Source: a candidate division FCPU426 bacterium
GTDB taxonomy: Bacteria > Oederibacteriota > Muellerivitia > Muellerivitales > Muellerivitaceae
NCBI GenBank assembly: GCA_963847625.1
Contig: CAWKAR010000039.1
Location: forward strand, 32,001 to 96,000
Direction of reading: 5' to 3'
Length of the DNA: 64,000 nt
Of this stretch, positions 28,301-38,763 are shown piece by piece (within the stretch, counting starts at the first letter, position 1; every line of letters begins with the position of its first letter). The notes under the pieces are model-generated. The model did no database searches and was not told the origin of the DNA. It saw nothing but the letters and a program-made list of their open reading frames with translations. The translations under genes and the position numbers were made by a program.

Positions 28301-29068
28301 ATGGCCTCCTCCAAATTTCTAGCCGCCTGTGGAATCTTGGGGTTTATTCTTTTGGCCGGATGCGGGGCAGTTTTTGTAAATGAAGGCTCAAAGAACGCTT
28401 CCTTGGCCCACGGCTTGGCCAATCCCGAAAAAAACACAATAAAAGTAAACGTCACTAAAGATGCTTCTGTCATTTCTAATTTCGACGACGGCTCCAATAA
28501 TGGGAACCCTAAACTTTTCGGCGACGGTTCGGGAACATGGGCTACCATGACCTGGGCCGGAAACGCGGTCAACAGCAATTTCGTGGTAAAAGGGGGTGCC
28601 AACGGCACCAAGATGGCCGCCCATGTGTTCGGCAGTCTGACCGACAAGGGTGATGCTTCCTACCCCGAATTTGACCTGCAATTCAATTTCAAGGGAAAAG
28701 ACTTGTATGACGCCAGTAATTTCGCGGGTATTAAGTTTTATTACAAATGTCCCGCGGCCGACCAAGCCCTCAAACGCCGTTTCAATATTGCCACCGCGCC
28801 CACCCTTCCTATGTCTGACGGTGGAACCTGTGAGTCGGCTTGTTACAACCATTACGGCGCCAATTTGAAGCCCATTTCAGACTGGACGGCGTTGTCCTAT
28901 AATTTCAGCGATTTAACCAGGTTACCGGGTTGGGGCTCGCCAGTGGCGCCTCCCGAGTTGACTGAACACTTGAAGGAATTCATCTATATTAAGTGGGGTC
29001 ATTCCGCGGACAACGCGGCTGGGACTTATACCATCGACTATTGGGTGGATGAGGTGGAGTTTTTCTGA
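28301..29068 (+). CDS. CBM11-like carbohydrate-binding lipoprotein (paralog 1)
   Basis: Lipobox LLAG|C; ISNFDDG, YDASNFAGIKF, GGTC...CY, W...Y.FSDL, DYWVDEVEFF. Confidence 0.75.
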   Translation: MASSKFLAACGILGFILLAGCGAVFVNEGSKNASLAHGLANPEKNTIKVNVTKDASVISNFDDGSNNGNPKLFGDGSGTWATMTWAGNAVNSNFVVKGGANGTKMAAHVFGSLTDKGDASYPEFDLQFNFKGKDLYDASNFAGIKFYYKCPAADQALKRRFNIATAPTLPMSDGGTCESACYNHYGANLKPISDWTALSYNFSDLTRLPGWGSPVAPPELTEHLKEFIYIKWGHSADNAAGTYTIDYWVDEVEFF

Positions 29069-29116
29069 TTGTTGTTTCTATAAGTTTTTGCCCTAGTTTG
29101 ACTTTAGGAGTTTTTT

Positions 29117-32100
29117 TTGAAATTTAGCTTTAAAATTTTTATAACGTCCTTTTTCTTAAGCCTTTTTTCTTTGGCCACCGGAGCGGGTTTCCTTTTGGCT
29201 GATCCAATGGAAAACGTGGGACCCGACCAGAGTCTTTACCAAAGGGTGAAGAAGCTAGCGGATTTAGGCCTGTTAGACCCCCAGGACCAAGCGGTCCTGG
29301 ATCAGGGGAAAATAGTCACCCGCCTTGAGTTGGCTTTCTATACCGAGAAAGCCGCCGCCAGGATTGAGGCGCCTCAATTGGCATTGCCGAGTCCTACTCC
29401 TGAAGTTGTCGCACCGGCTCCGACGGAAGCGCCATTGCAAATGCCTCCTATTATTTCTGCTCCAGAATTGCCTGCTCCAGCACAACCGGCAACGGCGTTA
29501 CCCTTGCCTGAAAACACCCCTGTTTCCGCTCAGCCGGCTTTAGAACTTCCAGCCCCGTCATTGCCCCCGCCGGAAAATACACCAGTTCCACCTTCGGTAT
29601 TACCGGCACCCTTGCCTGAAAACACCCCGGTCTCCGCACAGCCGGCTTTAGAGCTTCCAGCACCAGCATTGCCCCCGCCGGAAAATACCCCGGCTCCGCC
29701 TCCGGCTTTACCGGCACCAGCGCCACCTTTGCCCGAAAACACTCCTGTCCCCGCCCCACCGGCTTTAGAGCTTCCAGCTCCTTCATTGCCCCCGCCGGGA
29801 AATACCCCGGTTCCGCCTCCGGCTTTACCCGAGCCGGCATTACCTTTGCCGGAAAGCACTCCGGTTCCAGCTCTTCCAACACCTTCAACTCCTTCTCCCG
29901 TTGTTACTCCTGTTACCACGCCCATAGTCACTTCTGTTCCCACACCGGCTCCCATACTCCCGGAAGCCACCGGTGCCTTGAGAAATGAAATCCAAGATCT
30001 GCTGAAACAACTTCACGCGGAGGCGGTTTTTCTTCGCTCGCGTTTAAGTCTAGATGATCCCCGCATTAAAGCCCAGGAAGACGAGTTGGATAATCTCAAA
30101 AAAGTACAAGATGAAGTGGATACCACCTGGAAAAAGGCCGACAAGTCGGCGGGCATCCCCAATTTCAACACCAACATCAATACCCGATTCGAAAACATCA
30201 ATGTTTCCGGAAGCCTTGCCACCGAGAGTGTCTCAAAGGCCTTGGAAGAAATCTGGTGCGGGATGTACTCGGACCTGGGGGGCAAAGGGGCTCTCTCCCT
30301 TGGGGTGGGCGGGATCTTGCCTTATGACAACGCCTCTGCCAACTATGACTTGTGGGGTGTGTACGGCACAGGACCCGTATCCCTTTATATCGGCAACCCC
30401 AGCTGCACTTTGGACCTGTATGGAGACTTGGGCAAGTGGGACACCACCTTTGCGGTTGAAGCCTACCAACCCGACACTACTTACGGCGATTTCAGCCGAG
30501 GTTACGCCAATAATTCTCTTAAAAGGTTCGAGAATCCTTGGAACATTAAGAGCTTCAACGACGATAAGAACGCAAAGAACTGGGACGATTTCATGAGTAA
30601 CATCAGCTACGTTCCAAGCTATTCCCCGACGGCCGGCAATGTGCAATCCACCAGCGACCGGGTTATTGATGGTATTTATGCGGTAGGGAAAAATGTGCCT
30701 TGGCTAGCCCCGGGAGGACGCATGTGGTTTCTGGCGGGCCGGATGGGTGAAACCACAACCCAAAGCCTTCGCTGGGAGGAGGGCGCCAAAATCGACCAGC
30801 CTTGGGCCCACAATCTTATTCGGACCGCTATTTCCACCGAGTGGGTGAACGACAATTTCGGCGTAAGCAACCTGCCCATGACACCCCAGCTAGATATGAA
30901 GGATTACTCGGCCGACATCCATTTGAACCTGACCCCCGTCTTATTCGATATCGAAGGCGGGTTTTCGCAATTCTACACCGGCAGCGTTTATCCCGGTCCT
31001 TCCTATATTCAATCGGGCCTTCTTCAGCCTGATTCCGATGTCATTCAGGCGGGCGCGGGCCAAGCCTCCCTGGCTTTTTATCCTCTCACTTTTTACTACT
31101 TTGCTATCAGCGAGAATTACGCAGACTTCATGAGCAAAGTCACCATGAGCGGGTTCAATTTCTTCCATCACGGGCTTTATTTCAATCCCAGCGATTTCCA
31201 AGATGTTTATGGCGCCATTGGGGAAGTAGATAACCTTCAATCCGACCGGTACGGTTGGAGGGCCAACTTGGGATGGGACGGCCGGGAACAGGATTGGATG
31301 AAGAACTGGCCTAGTTTCCTGGATACCTTTATCATCAACTTTGACTTGTCCGAAAAGAAAGAATATGTCGCCGAGCAGGGGCAAGAGGGTTGTTTCATGG
31401 TGGAACCCACCCAAATGCTAAGCTTTTACTATCCGGACGATGAGGGTTTGTGGGGTTTGGACCTGTGGGGAAATTACGCCCCCAACGTGAATCCTTTAAG
31501 ACAGACTTACATCAACAATATTGAACAGCAACGCAACGATGGGGACATCGTCAACGACGACGTGCGGTACCAGTTTAGGATGACCAGCGAGAGGCTTCCC
31601 CTAATTATGCCTATGTATGTTCAAAGTGTAGTGGTGAGCGGTGGCATCCCCGTTACAACCTATAGTCTAAATCCTGTAACAAATGGACAACCGCCTGCGA
31701 CTAATAACGGGCATAATATATATGCCAATATCACCGATCTTAAAACGTACGACTACATAACCTTATCCGCCAAGCTAAAAATGGACAAGTGGTTCGGCTT
31801 GAAGACTCCCATGGACGGATTCTTCTTCGTGACCGACAACAAAGTTTCGGGTGTTGCCTCCAACGCCACCACGGTCCTTCCCACCAGCACTACTATCAAC
31901 AACATAACACCCACCATCACCGTTAACATCCCCAATCTTTTTGAACAGTTGGTCTACGATGGATCCATCATGATTAACGCGGTCAAGAATGTGGATTTGA
32001 TGGGGGACATAGGGGTCGAAACCTGGAAGTCGCAATATACCTACCCCCAGGTGGATTATCGCACTAACGATTATGGACTAGGGCTTGCCTACGACATTCC

Positions 32101-32218
32101 TTGGGGCGGGGCCAAGTTGGAATTCCGCTATAAGTACCTTGAATTCCACGACAATTACGTTCCCGGGAACAATTATTCCGGAAACCAGTATTTCTGCAAA
32201 GTTAAGTTTTTGTTTTAA
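29117..32218 (+). CDS. OmpM-like outer-membrane protein A: SLH-like domain, ~200-aa Pro-rich linker, coiled coil, large beta-barrel
   Basis: AGGAG then TTG start and signal peptide; VGPDQSLYQRVKKLADLGLL...VTRLELA; heptads LRNEIQDLLKQL; ends YFCKVKFLF. Confidence 0.78.
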   Translation: MKFSFKIFITSFFLSLFSLATGAGFLLADPMENVGPDQSLYQRVKKLADLGLLDPQDQAVLDQGKIVTRLELAFYTEKAAARIEAPQLALPSPTPEVVAPAPTEAPLQMPPIISAPELPAPAQPATALPLPENTPVSAQPALELPAPSLPPPENTPVPPSVLPAPLPENTPVSAQPALELPAPALPPPENTPAPPPALPAPAPPLPENTPVPAPPALELPAPSLPPPGNTPVPPPALPEPALPLPESTPVPALPTPSTPSPVVTPVTTPIVTSVPTPAPILPEATGALRNEIQDLLKQLHAEAVFLRSRLSLDDPRIKAQEDELDNLKKVQDEVDTTWKKADKSAGIPNFNTNINTRFENINVSGSLATESVSKALEEIWCGMYSDLGGKGALSLGVGGILPYDNASANYDLWGVYGTGPVSLYIGNPSCTLDLYGDLGKWDTTFAVEAYQPDTTYGDFSRGYANNSLKRFENPWNIKSFNDDKNAKNWDDFMSNISYVPSYSPTAGNVQSTSDRVIDGIYAVGKNVPWLAPGGRMWFLAGRMGETTTQSLRWEEGAKIDQPWAHNLIRTAISTEWVNDNFGVSNLPMTPQLDMKDYSADIHLNLTPVLFDIEGGFSQFYTGSVYPGPSYIQSGLLQPDSDVIQAGAGQASLAFYPLTFYYFAISENYADFMSKVTMSGFNFFHHGLYFNPSDFQDVYGAIGEVDNLQSDRYGWRANLGWDGREQDWMKNWPSFLDTFIINFDLSEKKEYVAEQGQEGCFMVEPTQMLSFYYPDDEGLWGLDLWGNYAPNVNPLRQTYINNIEQQRNDGDIVNDDVRYQFRMTSERLPLIMPMYVQSVVVSGGIPVTTYSLNPVTNGQPPATNNGHNIYANITDLKTYDYITLSAKLKMDKWFGLKTPMDGFFFVTDNKVSGVASNATTVLPTSTTINNITPTITVNIPNLFEQLVYDGSIMINAVKNVDLMGDIGVETWKSQYTYPQVDYRTNDYGLGLAYDIPWGGAKLEFRYKYLEFHDNYVPGNNYSGNQYFCKVKFLF
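29500..29870 (+). repeat. About seven Pro-rich repeats (LPxPENTPVxxxPAL) within OMP A
   Basis: Recurrent TTGCC..[C]..GAAAA(C/T)AC.CC and CCGGCTTTA(GA.CTTCC) units, arranged as about 3.5 super-units of 36-39 aa. Confidence 0.85.
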
Positions 32219-32250
32219 CCTTTTGAAAAGGATTATTGGATAAGAAAGAA

Positions 32251-34518
32251 ATGAAAAAAGGCCTTCAAATTCTTATAGGGTTTCTTCTCTTAAGCCCGGC
32301 ATTGCCTGCCCGGGCTGATCATGGGCGTTTGGCCACGAATATCCGGGATTCCTGGATTAATCTGGGCGTGGCTGAATTGGTATCATCAGGATTGGCACAG
32401 GACCCGGGTAAGCCCATCAACCAATTGACTAACCTCGAAGTGGCTCAATTGACGGCCGAGGCCTCCCAAAAATACCTGGCCCAAGCCGATCTCAACCTTC
32501 CGGCCCCGCCTTCCGCCGATGAGCCGGCCCTGCCGCCGGAACCTCCTGCGTCCCTGGCCGCACCCCCGCCCCTGTCGGGAATGGATTCCACGGCAACCCC
32601 ACAAACCACCCTTCCCAGCAAGAGCATGACGGATCTTGTAGCGGAATTCCGGAATGAGCTGAGCGCCATGGGGGTTGATGTGGATAAATTGGAACAAAGA
32701 ATAAATGATTCCAAGGCCCGAAATGAGGTTTTCGCCGCACTCCAACAAAAATACCTAAAACGAACCGGAACGGATTTGGGAGGGTTCTCCAGGGGTTTTG
32801 TCTACGACTACCGGGGATTCGGCACCAATGCGGTCTATCCTGCCATGGAATATAACGCCGCCATGTTCATGGAGTGGGATTTGAAAAGCATCCCCATCCC
32901 CACCGTTTTGTTTGATGCGCGCATGAGGCTGTGGCGTTCCATGGGCATGTATTACCAGGACCCCTTCGAGCCTGACTATCAACTCAGGTGGATTTCCTTA
33001 ACGGATTACAATGATTTCGCCAGTTTCACCGCCGGAGACTTTTTCAAAAGCTATACACCCCTGACCCTTTGGAATTACGAAGTGCCCGTTTACACCTTGG
33101 TGGAACCGGCATCCTTCCACCGGGTTCGTAAGGATACGGAAGAACTGGCTTATGTGGACCATGGCTCGGACTGGCACATGAGGGGAATCCAGGCTTCCAC
33201 TTCCTTTGATTGGCCCAAGGAAATGTTCCTCAGCGGGTTTGGTTTGCAGGCCATGGTGGGAACCATGATGAACGGGGGAGGTTTCAGTTTCAGCAGTTAT
33301 TACGCCGGAACCCAGGGGTCCATCAGCCTTTTCAACGATTTCTTGACGGTCAAGGGCACCGGATTGCGTCTTTGGGACGATATCAATTCAGCAAATCCAA
33401 ACATCGACCAAAACCTTTATATTCCATCCGCCTTTCCGAAGGAATACCAAATCGGAAGCCTGACTGGTTCCGTCTCATTCATTTTCAGCGACAAAGCAGA
33501 CTTGGTCGGGACCGTTGAGGGTGCTTTCAGCCAATATTATGACGACCTGTACGACACTTCGAGGGAATTCCAGGATTGGGCAATACTGGGCAACGCCTCC
33601 TTGGATATTCAGGGGGTCCACTTCACCGGCAAGTACCTCAATGTCGGCCCGAATTTTTATTCCCCTGGGGCTCAAACCAACCGGTATACCCCGGCGGCCG
33701 GCTTTCAAGGCTACTGGAGCACGACCATGAACGGGGTGGATGACGCCTTGCCGGGTTACTTGGACGACTTCGTGTTCCAAAACGTCAGTCGGCCCTCTTT
33801 CGCTCCCTACGACCGTTTATCCGAGAATTTTCTTCCTTATGGGGATTCCTCGCCAGACCGGAAAGGCATCGTGTTGGGCTTTTCGGGCGAATTGGGGGAT
33901 AACAAGTGGCTGAAGCCGCAAGCTTCTTATCTTCTCAACGCCCAGGAAATCCAACCCAATTATGTTTTACAGAGTAGCAACAGCATCATCCCTGTGGACA
34001 GCAACACCACCACGACGGTGGCCCGTGTTTTTGGCGGCTATGAGGGGGCCTTGACTCTGGATTTCGCGAAAGCCTTAAACATGAAAGGGAAGACCTATGA
34101 CCTCCAATTCGATTACAAACACCAGACCACGGATTTAGGCGTGGGAGCGAGCCCCTTTACAGTTAATACTATTATCGCGGCCGTGGATTTCAACATACCC
34201 CTTCATTTCGCATCCCGCTTGGTTTGGTCCGCATCCTTGGAACAGGCCCAAGCCAGCGGCAGCGAGTACGTATTGTCAGGCGTTGGTAGTCCACCGACCT
34301 TGGCAAATTATGCCTTCTATCTGGACCCTCAGAACCAATTTATCTATCAGTCTTTGAACATCACCCGGGACATTTTGGCCTTGGGGGCCATGTACCCCAT
34401 CAGCGACAAAATCGATCTTCGATGCGATTGGTTTTTCGTGGATTACAAGTGGACTGACAACCCTGACTTCGACCGCAGGGACCAAATTTGGAGAATGACG
34501 TATGAAGCGCATTTCTAA
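32251..34518 (+). CDS. OmpM-like outer-membrane protein B
   Basis: Signal peptide (PARA|D); SLH-like SWINLGVAELVSSGL...LTNLEVAQL; OmpM-type coiled-coil motif LVAEFRNELSAMGVDVDKLEQRI; ends WRMTYEAHF. Confidence 0.8.
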   Translation: MKKGLQILIGFLLLSPALPARADHGRLATNIRDSWINLGVAELVSSGLAQDPGKPINQLTNLEVAQLTAEASQKYLAQADLNLPAPPSADEPALPPEPPASLAAPPPLSGMDSTATPQTTLPSKSMTDLVAEFRNELSAMGVDVDKLEQRINDSKARNEVFAALQQKYLKRTGTDLGGFSRGFVYDYRGFGTNAVYPAMEYNAAMFMEWDLKSIPIPTVLFDARMRLWRSMGMYYQDPFEPDYQLRWISLTDYNDFASFTAGDFFKSYTPLTLWNYEVPVYTLVEPASFHRVRKDTEELAYVDHGSDWHMRGIQASTSFDWPKEMFLSGFGLQAMVGTMMNGGGFSFSSYYAGTQGSISLFNDFLTVKGTGLRLWDDINSANPNIDQNLYIPSAFPKEYQIGSLTGSVSFIFSDKADLVGTVEGAFSQYYDDLYDTSREFQDWAILGNASLDIQGVHFTGKYLNVGPNFYSPGAQTNRYTPAAGFQGYWSTTMNGVDDALPGYLDDFVFQNVSRPSFAPYDRLSENFLPYGDSSPDRKGIVLGFSGELGDNKWLKPQASYLLNAQEIQPNYVLQSSNSIIPVDSNTTTTVARVFGGYEGALTLDFAKALNMKGKTYDLQFDYKHQTTDLGVGASPFTVNTIIAAVDFNIPLHFASRLVWSASLEQAQASGSEYVLSGVGSPPTLANYAFYLDPQNQFIYQSLNITRDILALGAMYPISDKIDLRCDWFFVDYKWTDNPDFDRRDQIWRMTYEAHF

Positions 34519-36901
34519 AATAATCCTCTTTTCATTCATAGGCTTTTTCCTGGCTCAGGTGAAAAGTGTGGCTTTGGCGGGCGACAACCTTTTCACGGTT
34601 GTCCCGGCCAATGACTCGACCTATGAGAGCCTCCAGCAACTGGAACAAGCCGGGTTGCTGACTTCCGGATCTTCCCGCGCGCCCCTTACGCGTTTTGAGG
34701 TTGCCGGGCTTATCATGAAAGCCCAGAAAAAATACGACGAGATCGTCGTAGCCGATTCCGATTTGGATCTTCCGGCCCCTTCGGATATGACAATCACCCC
34801 ACCTATTTCCACTCCCACTCCTGCTGCGGCTGCACCTGCGGCGGCTGTTCCCGCTAAAACGGCAGTTCCCACGCTCTCACCCACGCCTGATGAGGCGGTT
34901 GTGCTGGCACAGGCATTGAAAAGCCTGCACAACCTGAAGGAGGCCTATCAATATGAACTCGACCGCGTAAAAGGCGATGTGAAAATGACGGAAGACCAAG
35001 AAACCACCGTGGAAAACTCACAATATGCCCTTTGGAAACGTCTCCAGGGAATCACTGAGTACCCCACCATCACCTGGCATGGGCTGGGGAGAGCTTTTGG
35101 TATTTCGCGGCAATACTGGGGCGATCCGGCATATTCCTCCTTGGGTTCAGCCGAGCGGGAAGGTTTCGGTTACCTGGATTTTCAGCCCATAGGGGTGGTT
35201 TCTAAACAAGTTCGGTGGGACGCGGTTTTGAGGTATCAAACGGCTTTTGAGTCGAACAACTATCCCGGCATCGATTGGTTGTTGTTCCGCAGAGCGACCA
35301 TGGAATTCAATCCTTCCTGGTTTTCCGCTACAGTGGGGGATTTTGAGGAATCCTATACGCCTTTGACCCTTTGGAACCGAAACAACCTGGATCTGCGTTA
35401 CATGCCCGAAATGTACCAGCGCGCCGACGATACTTACAAATATGAAAATTACCTGAACCAAGAGCCGGATTGGCCGTTCCGGGGCGCTCGCGTGGGAACC
35501 GCACTATTGTGGCCCGAATCGGATCTTATGGACCAGTTTAAGGTTTCCGTCATGACGGATATGATCCGGAATGCTTTCGACGATAACAATAAGGTTGGTG
35601 TTTTTTACGGTTTCGACCAATTCACCGGCTGGATTGTCGGAACCAACGGCGAGATCAAACTAAAAAGGTGGTACTTAGGCGGCGGAACCTCCCTCCAACT
35701 GGCATTGGACGCCTATGGACTGTTATTGGATGATCCCCTGAACACCAACAAGCCTGGAGCTCCCTATTCTCCCTATAACCCGGATACTTGGGGCCATCAA
35801 TACCGGATTTCCAGTCTCAAGCCTTCCGTAGACGCCGGGGTTGGAGGGGATACGTCCATCGGGATGGTTTGGGAGTGGGCTTCCGTCACATATGTGGACG
35901 ACAAAATGGATTCATTGAAGAATATGGAGGATTATGCGGTGATGGGCGGACCCTATTTGCGGTTCGGCAAATCAAAAATATCATTCAATTACCTGAACGT
36001 CGGCCCCTATTTTTATTCTCCCCTGGCCCAAACCCGCCAGGACGAGGTTTCAGCCCCTACGGCAGCCTCGCCGGTGGCATCCGGATTCTTGCCGACTTCC
36101 GAGCTCTTTACACCCGCCTTGCGAAGCCGGTTTTTCCTCAGCGATGTGCCCCGGCCAGGTGAAATTTACAGTTTCTACGACCGGACCCAGGATAATACCT
36201 TCCCTTATGGATTGGGGACTCCCAACCGTCAGGGAACTGGTTTTGAAGTGGACGTTAAAACCCTTCCTAAGGATTCATTGAAAATCCTTGGATCGGTCTA
36301 TTTTGTACAGGAAATCAGTGGTAACCTTGTTGTGGACAGCGCTGGAACGGGTTATGTGCCTGTGGACGCACCGCCATTTGAGACGGTTCCCGTCCGTAAT
36401 TTCACCTATGTGAATATTGGATCTTCATTCAATTTGGGACCCGTCATCGGAATGGGCCGGGATTTGGTACTGGGGACCAATGTCCGTTACGAAAAAACCA
36501 CCAGTTCGATTGGGACCTTAACCAGTATTTGGGTTTTAGGGGGGGTGAAAATCGGGGTTTTGGATGGATGGGATGTTTCCGCATCCTACGGGAGTCAAGC
36601 GGTCACCGGAACGGAAGCTGGTTATGTTTACGCTGATTCCACCGGGGTTTCGCACCAAACCTTTTTGGCCCGTTATCCCTATCTTTTCGACAATTCCGAT
36701 TTGGGCTATTACCAACCATTTAGTGTCAACGGTACCAACCAGAGCGTCCAGCTGTCCAGCGAAGTCCGGACAAGCCGGAATACGAGGTTTTACGCGGATT
36801 ACGGCTTCACCAGTGGCGATGTCGTACCCTATGTGGGGACTGCCAACACGGGGACCTTGCATAACGAGTTTATGGAGTTGACTTATGAAATCCAATTTTA
36901 A
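34502..36901 (+). CDS. OmpM-like outer-membrane protein C
   Basis: Signal peptide; SLH-like FTVVPANDSTYESLQQLEQAGLL...PLTRFEVAGLIMKA; Pro/Ala linker; LKEAYQYEL coiled coil; shares GDF..SYTPLTLWN, YLNVGP.FYSP.AQT and PYG...P.R.G with OMP B; ends LTYEIQF. Confidence 0.8.
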   Translation: MKRISKIILFSFIGFFLAQVKSVALAGDNLFTVVPANDSTYESLQQLEQAGLLTSGSSRAPLTRFEVAGLIMKAQKKYDEIVVADSDLDLPAPSDMTITPPISTPTPAAAAPAAAVPAKTAVPTLSPTPDEAVVLAQALKSLHNLKEAYQYELDRVKGDVKMTEDQETTVENSQYALWKRLQGITEYPTITWHGLGRAFGISRQYWGDPAYSSLGSAEREGFGYLDFQPIGVVSKQVRWDAVLRYQTAFESNNYPGIDWLLFRRATMEFNPSWFSATVGDFEESYTPLTLWNRNNLDLRYMPEMYQRADDTYKYENYLNQEPDWPFRGARVGTALLWPESDLMDQFKVSVMTDMIRNAFDDNNKVGVFYGFDQFTGWIVGTNGEIKLKRWYLGGGTSLQLALDAYGLLLDDPLNTNKPGAPYSPYNPDTWGHQYRISSLKPSVDAGVGGDTSIGMVWEWASVTYVDDKMDSLKNMEDYAVMGGPYLRFGKSKISFNYLNVGPYFYSPLAQTRQDEVSAPTAASPVASGFLPTSELFTPALRSRFFLSDVPRPGEIYSFYDRTQDNTFPYGLGTPNRQGTGFEVDVKTLPKDSLKILGSVYFVQEISGNLVVDSAGTGYVPVDAPPFETVPVRNFTYVNIGSSFNLGPVIGMGRDLVLGTNVRYEKTTSSIGTLTSIWVLGGVKIGVLDGWDVSASYGSQAVTGTEAGYVYADSTGVSHQTFLARYPYLFDNSDLGYYQPFSVNGTNQSVQLSSEVRTSRNTRFYADYGFTSGDVVPYVGTANTGTLHNEFMELTYEIQF

Positions 36902-37793
36902 CCGGCAAAAAGAAACCAGAATCCCTGTCCGGAAGACCCTTTCGGTCCGAATAGCAATCGGTTTTGCTATCGCTTTAATTCCATTAATCGCAGGTTTTTT
37001 GGGCTGTAAAAACAGCGTGCCTTCTTATGGAACCTATCCTGACCCTGGTTCCACCTTGGACTGGAGCACGGTGGCTAATTTTGATTCCAATTCCGCCACC
37101 GTCAACCCGAACCTTTTTGAATCGAGTAATCCCCCCACCTACAAGTTGAAAACGGTGGGTGGCGCTGTTACGGCGGTAAACGACTGGTCGGCTTACATTA
37201 CTATATCTTCGAACCCACCCACTGTGCAAAACAACACCGTTGTCCTCGGCGGGGCTACCACTTTGACGATCCCATTTGCACCCTGGTTGGACAGTCCCGG
37301 AGCGGCCGGCACATCTCATGCTTTCCACGTGACCGGCGCGCTCATAGACCCGGGAGATTATTCAAGCTTTGACTCGGTGAAATTGCAAGCTCAGATGGAG
37401 GGAGGCGGGTTTTATGACGCCAGTTTTTTCACGGGGGTCAAGTACTACCTGAAGGTGGCAAGCGACGACAGCACGCTTTACCGTTTTTTCAGCATCCCGG
37501 TTTACCAGACAACCAGCCCCGTTGGGGGCGGTGGATGCATGGGCGGGCCGAGGCTTTGCGACGATTCTTTCGCGGCGGATTTCAGCAGCGGCACCGGCGG
37601 CCAATGGAAACTATTCAGCTATAAATTCTCTGATCTGCATCAATTGCAACCCGGTGTCATCACGAATCCGCCCACTTTGAGCGGGGTCAACCTTCAGCAG
37701 ATATTTTTCTTGGAATGGGACGAGGGCAGGAACAATCAACCCGGTGTTTCATATTTTGATTTTTGGGTGGACGACATCGAGTTCTTTAAGTAA
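36885..37793 (+). CDS. CBM11-like carbohydrate-binding lipoprotein (paralog 2)
   Basis: Lipobox FLG|C; VANFD, YDASFFTGVKY, GGGC...LC, WKLFSYKFSDL, DFWVDDIEFFK. Confidence 0.75.
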   Translation: MKSNFNRQKETRIPVRKTLSVRIAIGFAIALIPLIAGFLGCKNSVPSYGTYPDPGSTLDWSTVANFDSNSATVNPNLFESSNPPTYKLKTVGGAVTAVNDWSAYITISSNPPTVQNNTVVLGGATTLTIPFAPWLDSPGAAGTSHAFHVTGALIDPGDYSSFDSVKLQAQMEGGGFYDASFFTGVKYYLKVASDDSTLYRFFSIPVYQTTSPVGGGGCMGGPRLCDDSFAADFSSGTGGQWKLFSYKFSDLHQLQPGVITNPPTLSGVNLQQIFFLEWDEGRNNQPGVSYFDFWVDDIEFFK

Positions 37794-37832
37794 CGGGGAG
37801 TCCGACATCAGGTTTGACCCCGGGAGGTTATC

Positions 37833-38750
37833 ATGAAAGGCATATGGCTTCGGACATCGTTGGTTTTATTTTCCGCGGTATTTACCGCGGGAGTATTGTG
37901 GCTTTCCCAGGGCTGCAATTATCAAATACCGTCCTTGGCGGCGGCAGTGGCCACTCCCCAGGCCACGAACGTGGTCAGTAATTTCACAAACGGTTCCTTG
38001 AAGATGAACCCTTCGTTAAAGGGTGCTGACGGCGGTTATTTCCAGCAGATCACCTATGGGGGAGCGCCGGGGCTCACCAACATGATCAACAACAGCCTCC
38101 AGCCCAATATCCTGGAGGCGAATCCCGGGAACGGAAGCAGCGTATACGCGGTCCATCTTTACGGGGCGCAGTACGACTATTGCGCGACAGGCCTCGGTTC
38201 GTCCACTTACCCCGCCTTCTTTCTTTACGGTTTCTTGAGCAACGATCCAGTGAAGCATTATCTCTTCGACCTGAGTCCATTTACAGGCGTCAAGTTCGAT
38301 ATCAATATCAAGATCGATGATGGAGTGGTTCTCGGCACTCAAAACACCACCAAAACCCAGGATGGTGCTTATCAAAGAATGTTCGCCATCGGCGTGGCCC
38401 AACAAACCCCTCCCACCAACGATCCGGGAGGCATTTGCCCTCCCTCCTTCAGCTCCAATTGCTATGACTATTATTGGGGGGATAGTAGTGCCTTTCCCGG
38501 CCCCGGGTCGGGATGGAGTCCGGTCAGTTTCCTTTTTTCCAATTTGACAACTTCGACTTGGGGCGTAAACCTTGGTGCCTTGACTGACCCTTGCAACGGC
38601 ACAATTAACTATTCCGGAGTTTCTCTCCCTTGTCCATCCAGCGGTAGTATGCTCACACAGGCCCTTTTTCTCATCTGGAAATTCGGAGACAACGGCGCCT
38701 GCCACAACGTTTATGTGGATTTTTGGGTGGATAACGTCGCGTTTTATTGA
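37833..38750 (+). CDS. CBM11-like carbohydrate-binding lipoprotein (paralog 3)
   Basis: GGAGG RBS; lipobox SQG|C; VSNF, FDLSPFTGVKF, GGIC...CY, WSPVSFLFSNL, DFWVDNVAFY. Confidence 0.75.
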   Translation: MKGIWLRTSLVLFSAVFTAGVLWLSQGCNYQIPSLAAAVATPQATNVVSNFTNGSLKMNPSLKGADGGYFQQITYGGAPGLTNMINNSLQPNILEANPGNGSSVYAVHLYGAQYDYCATGLGSSTYPAFFLYGFLSNDPVKHYLFDLSPFTGVKFDINIKIDDGVVLGTQNTTKTQDGAYQRMFAIGVAQQTPPTNDPGGICPPSFSSNCYDYYWGDSSAFPGPGSGWSPVSFLFSNLTTSTWGVNLGALTDPCNGTINYSGVSLPCPSSGSMLTQALFLIWKFGDNGACHNVYVDFWVDNVAFY

Positions 38751-38763
38751 GACCTATGGGTTT

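Noticed and set aside
29117..36901. SusC/TonB-dependent receptors
   Set aside because: No TonB box or plug motifs recognised; the N-termini are SLH-like plus coiled coil instead.
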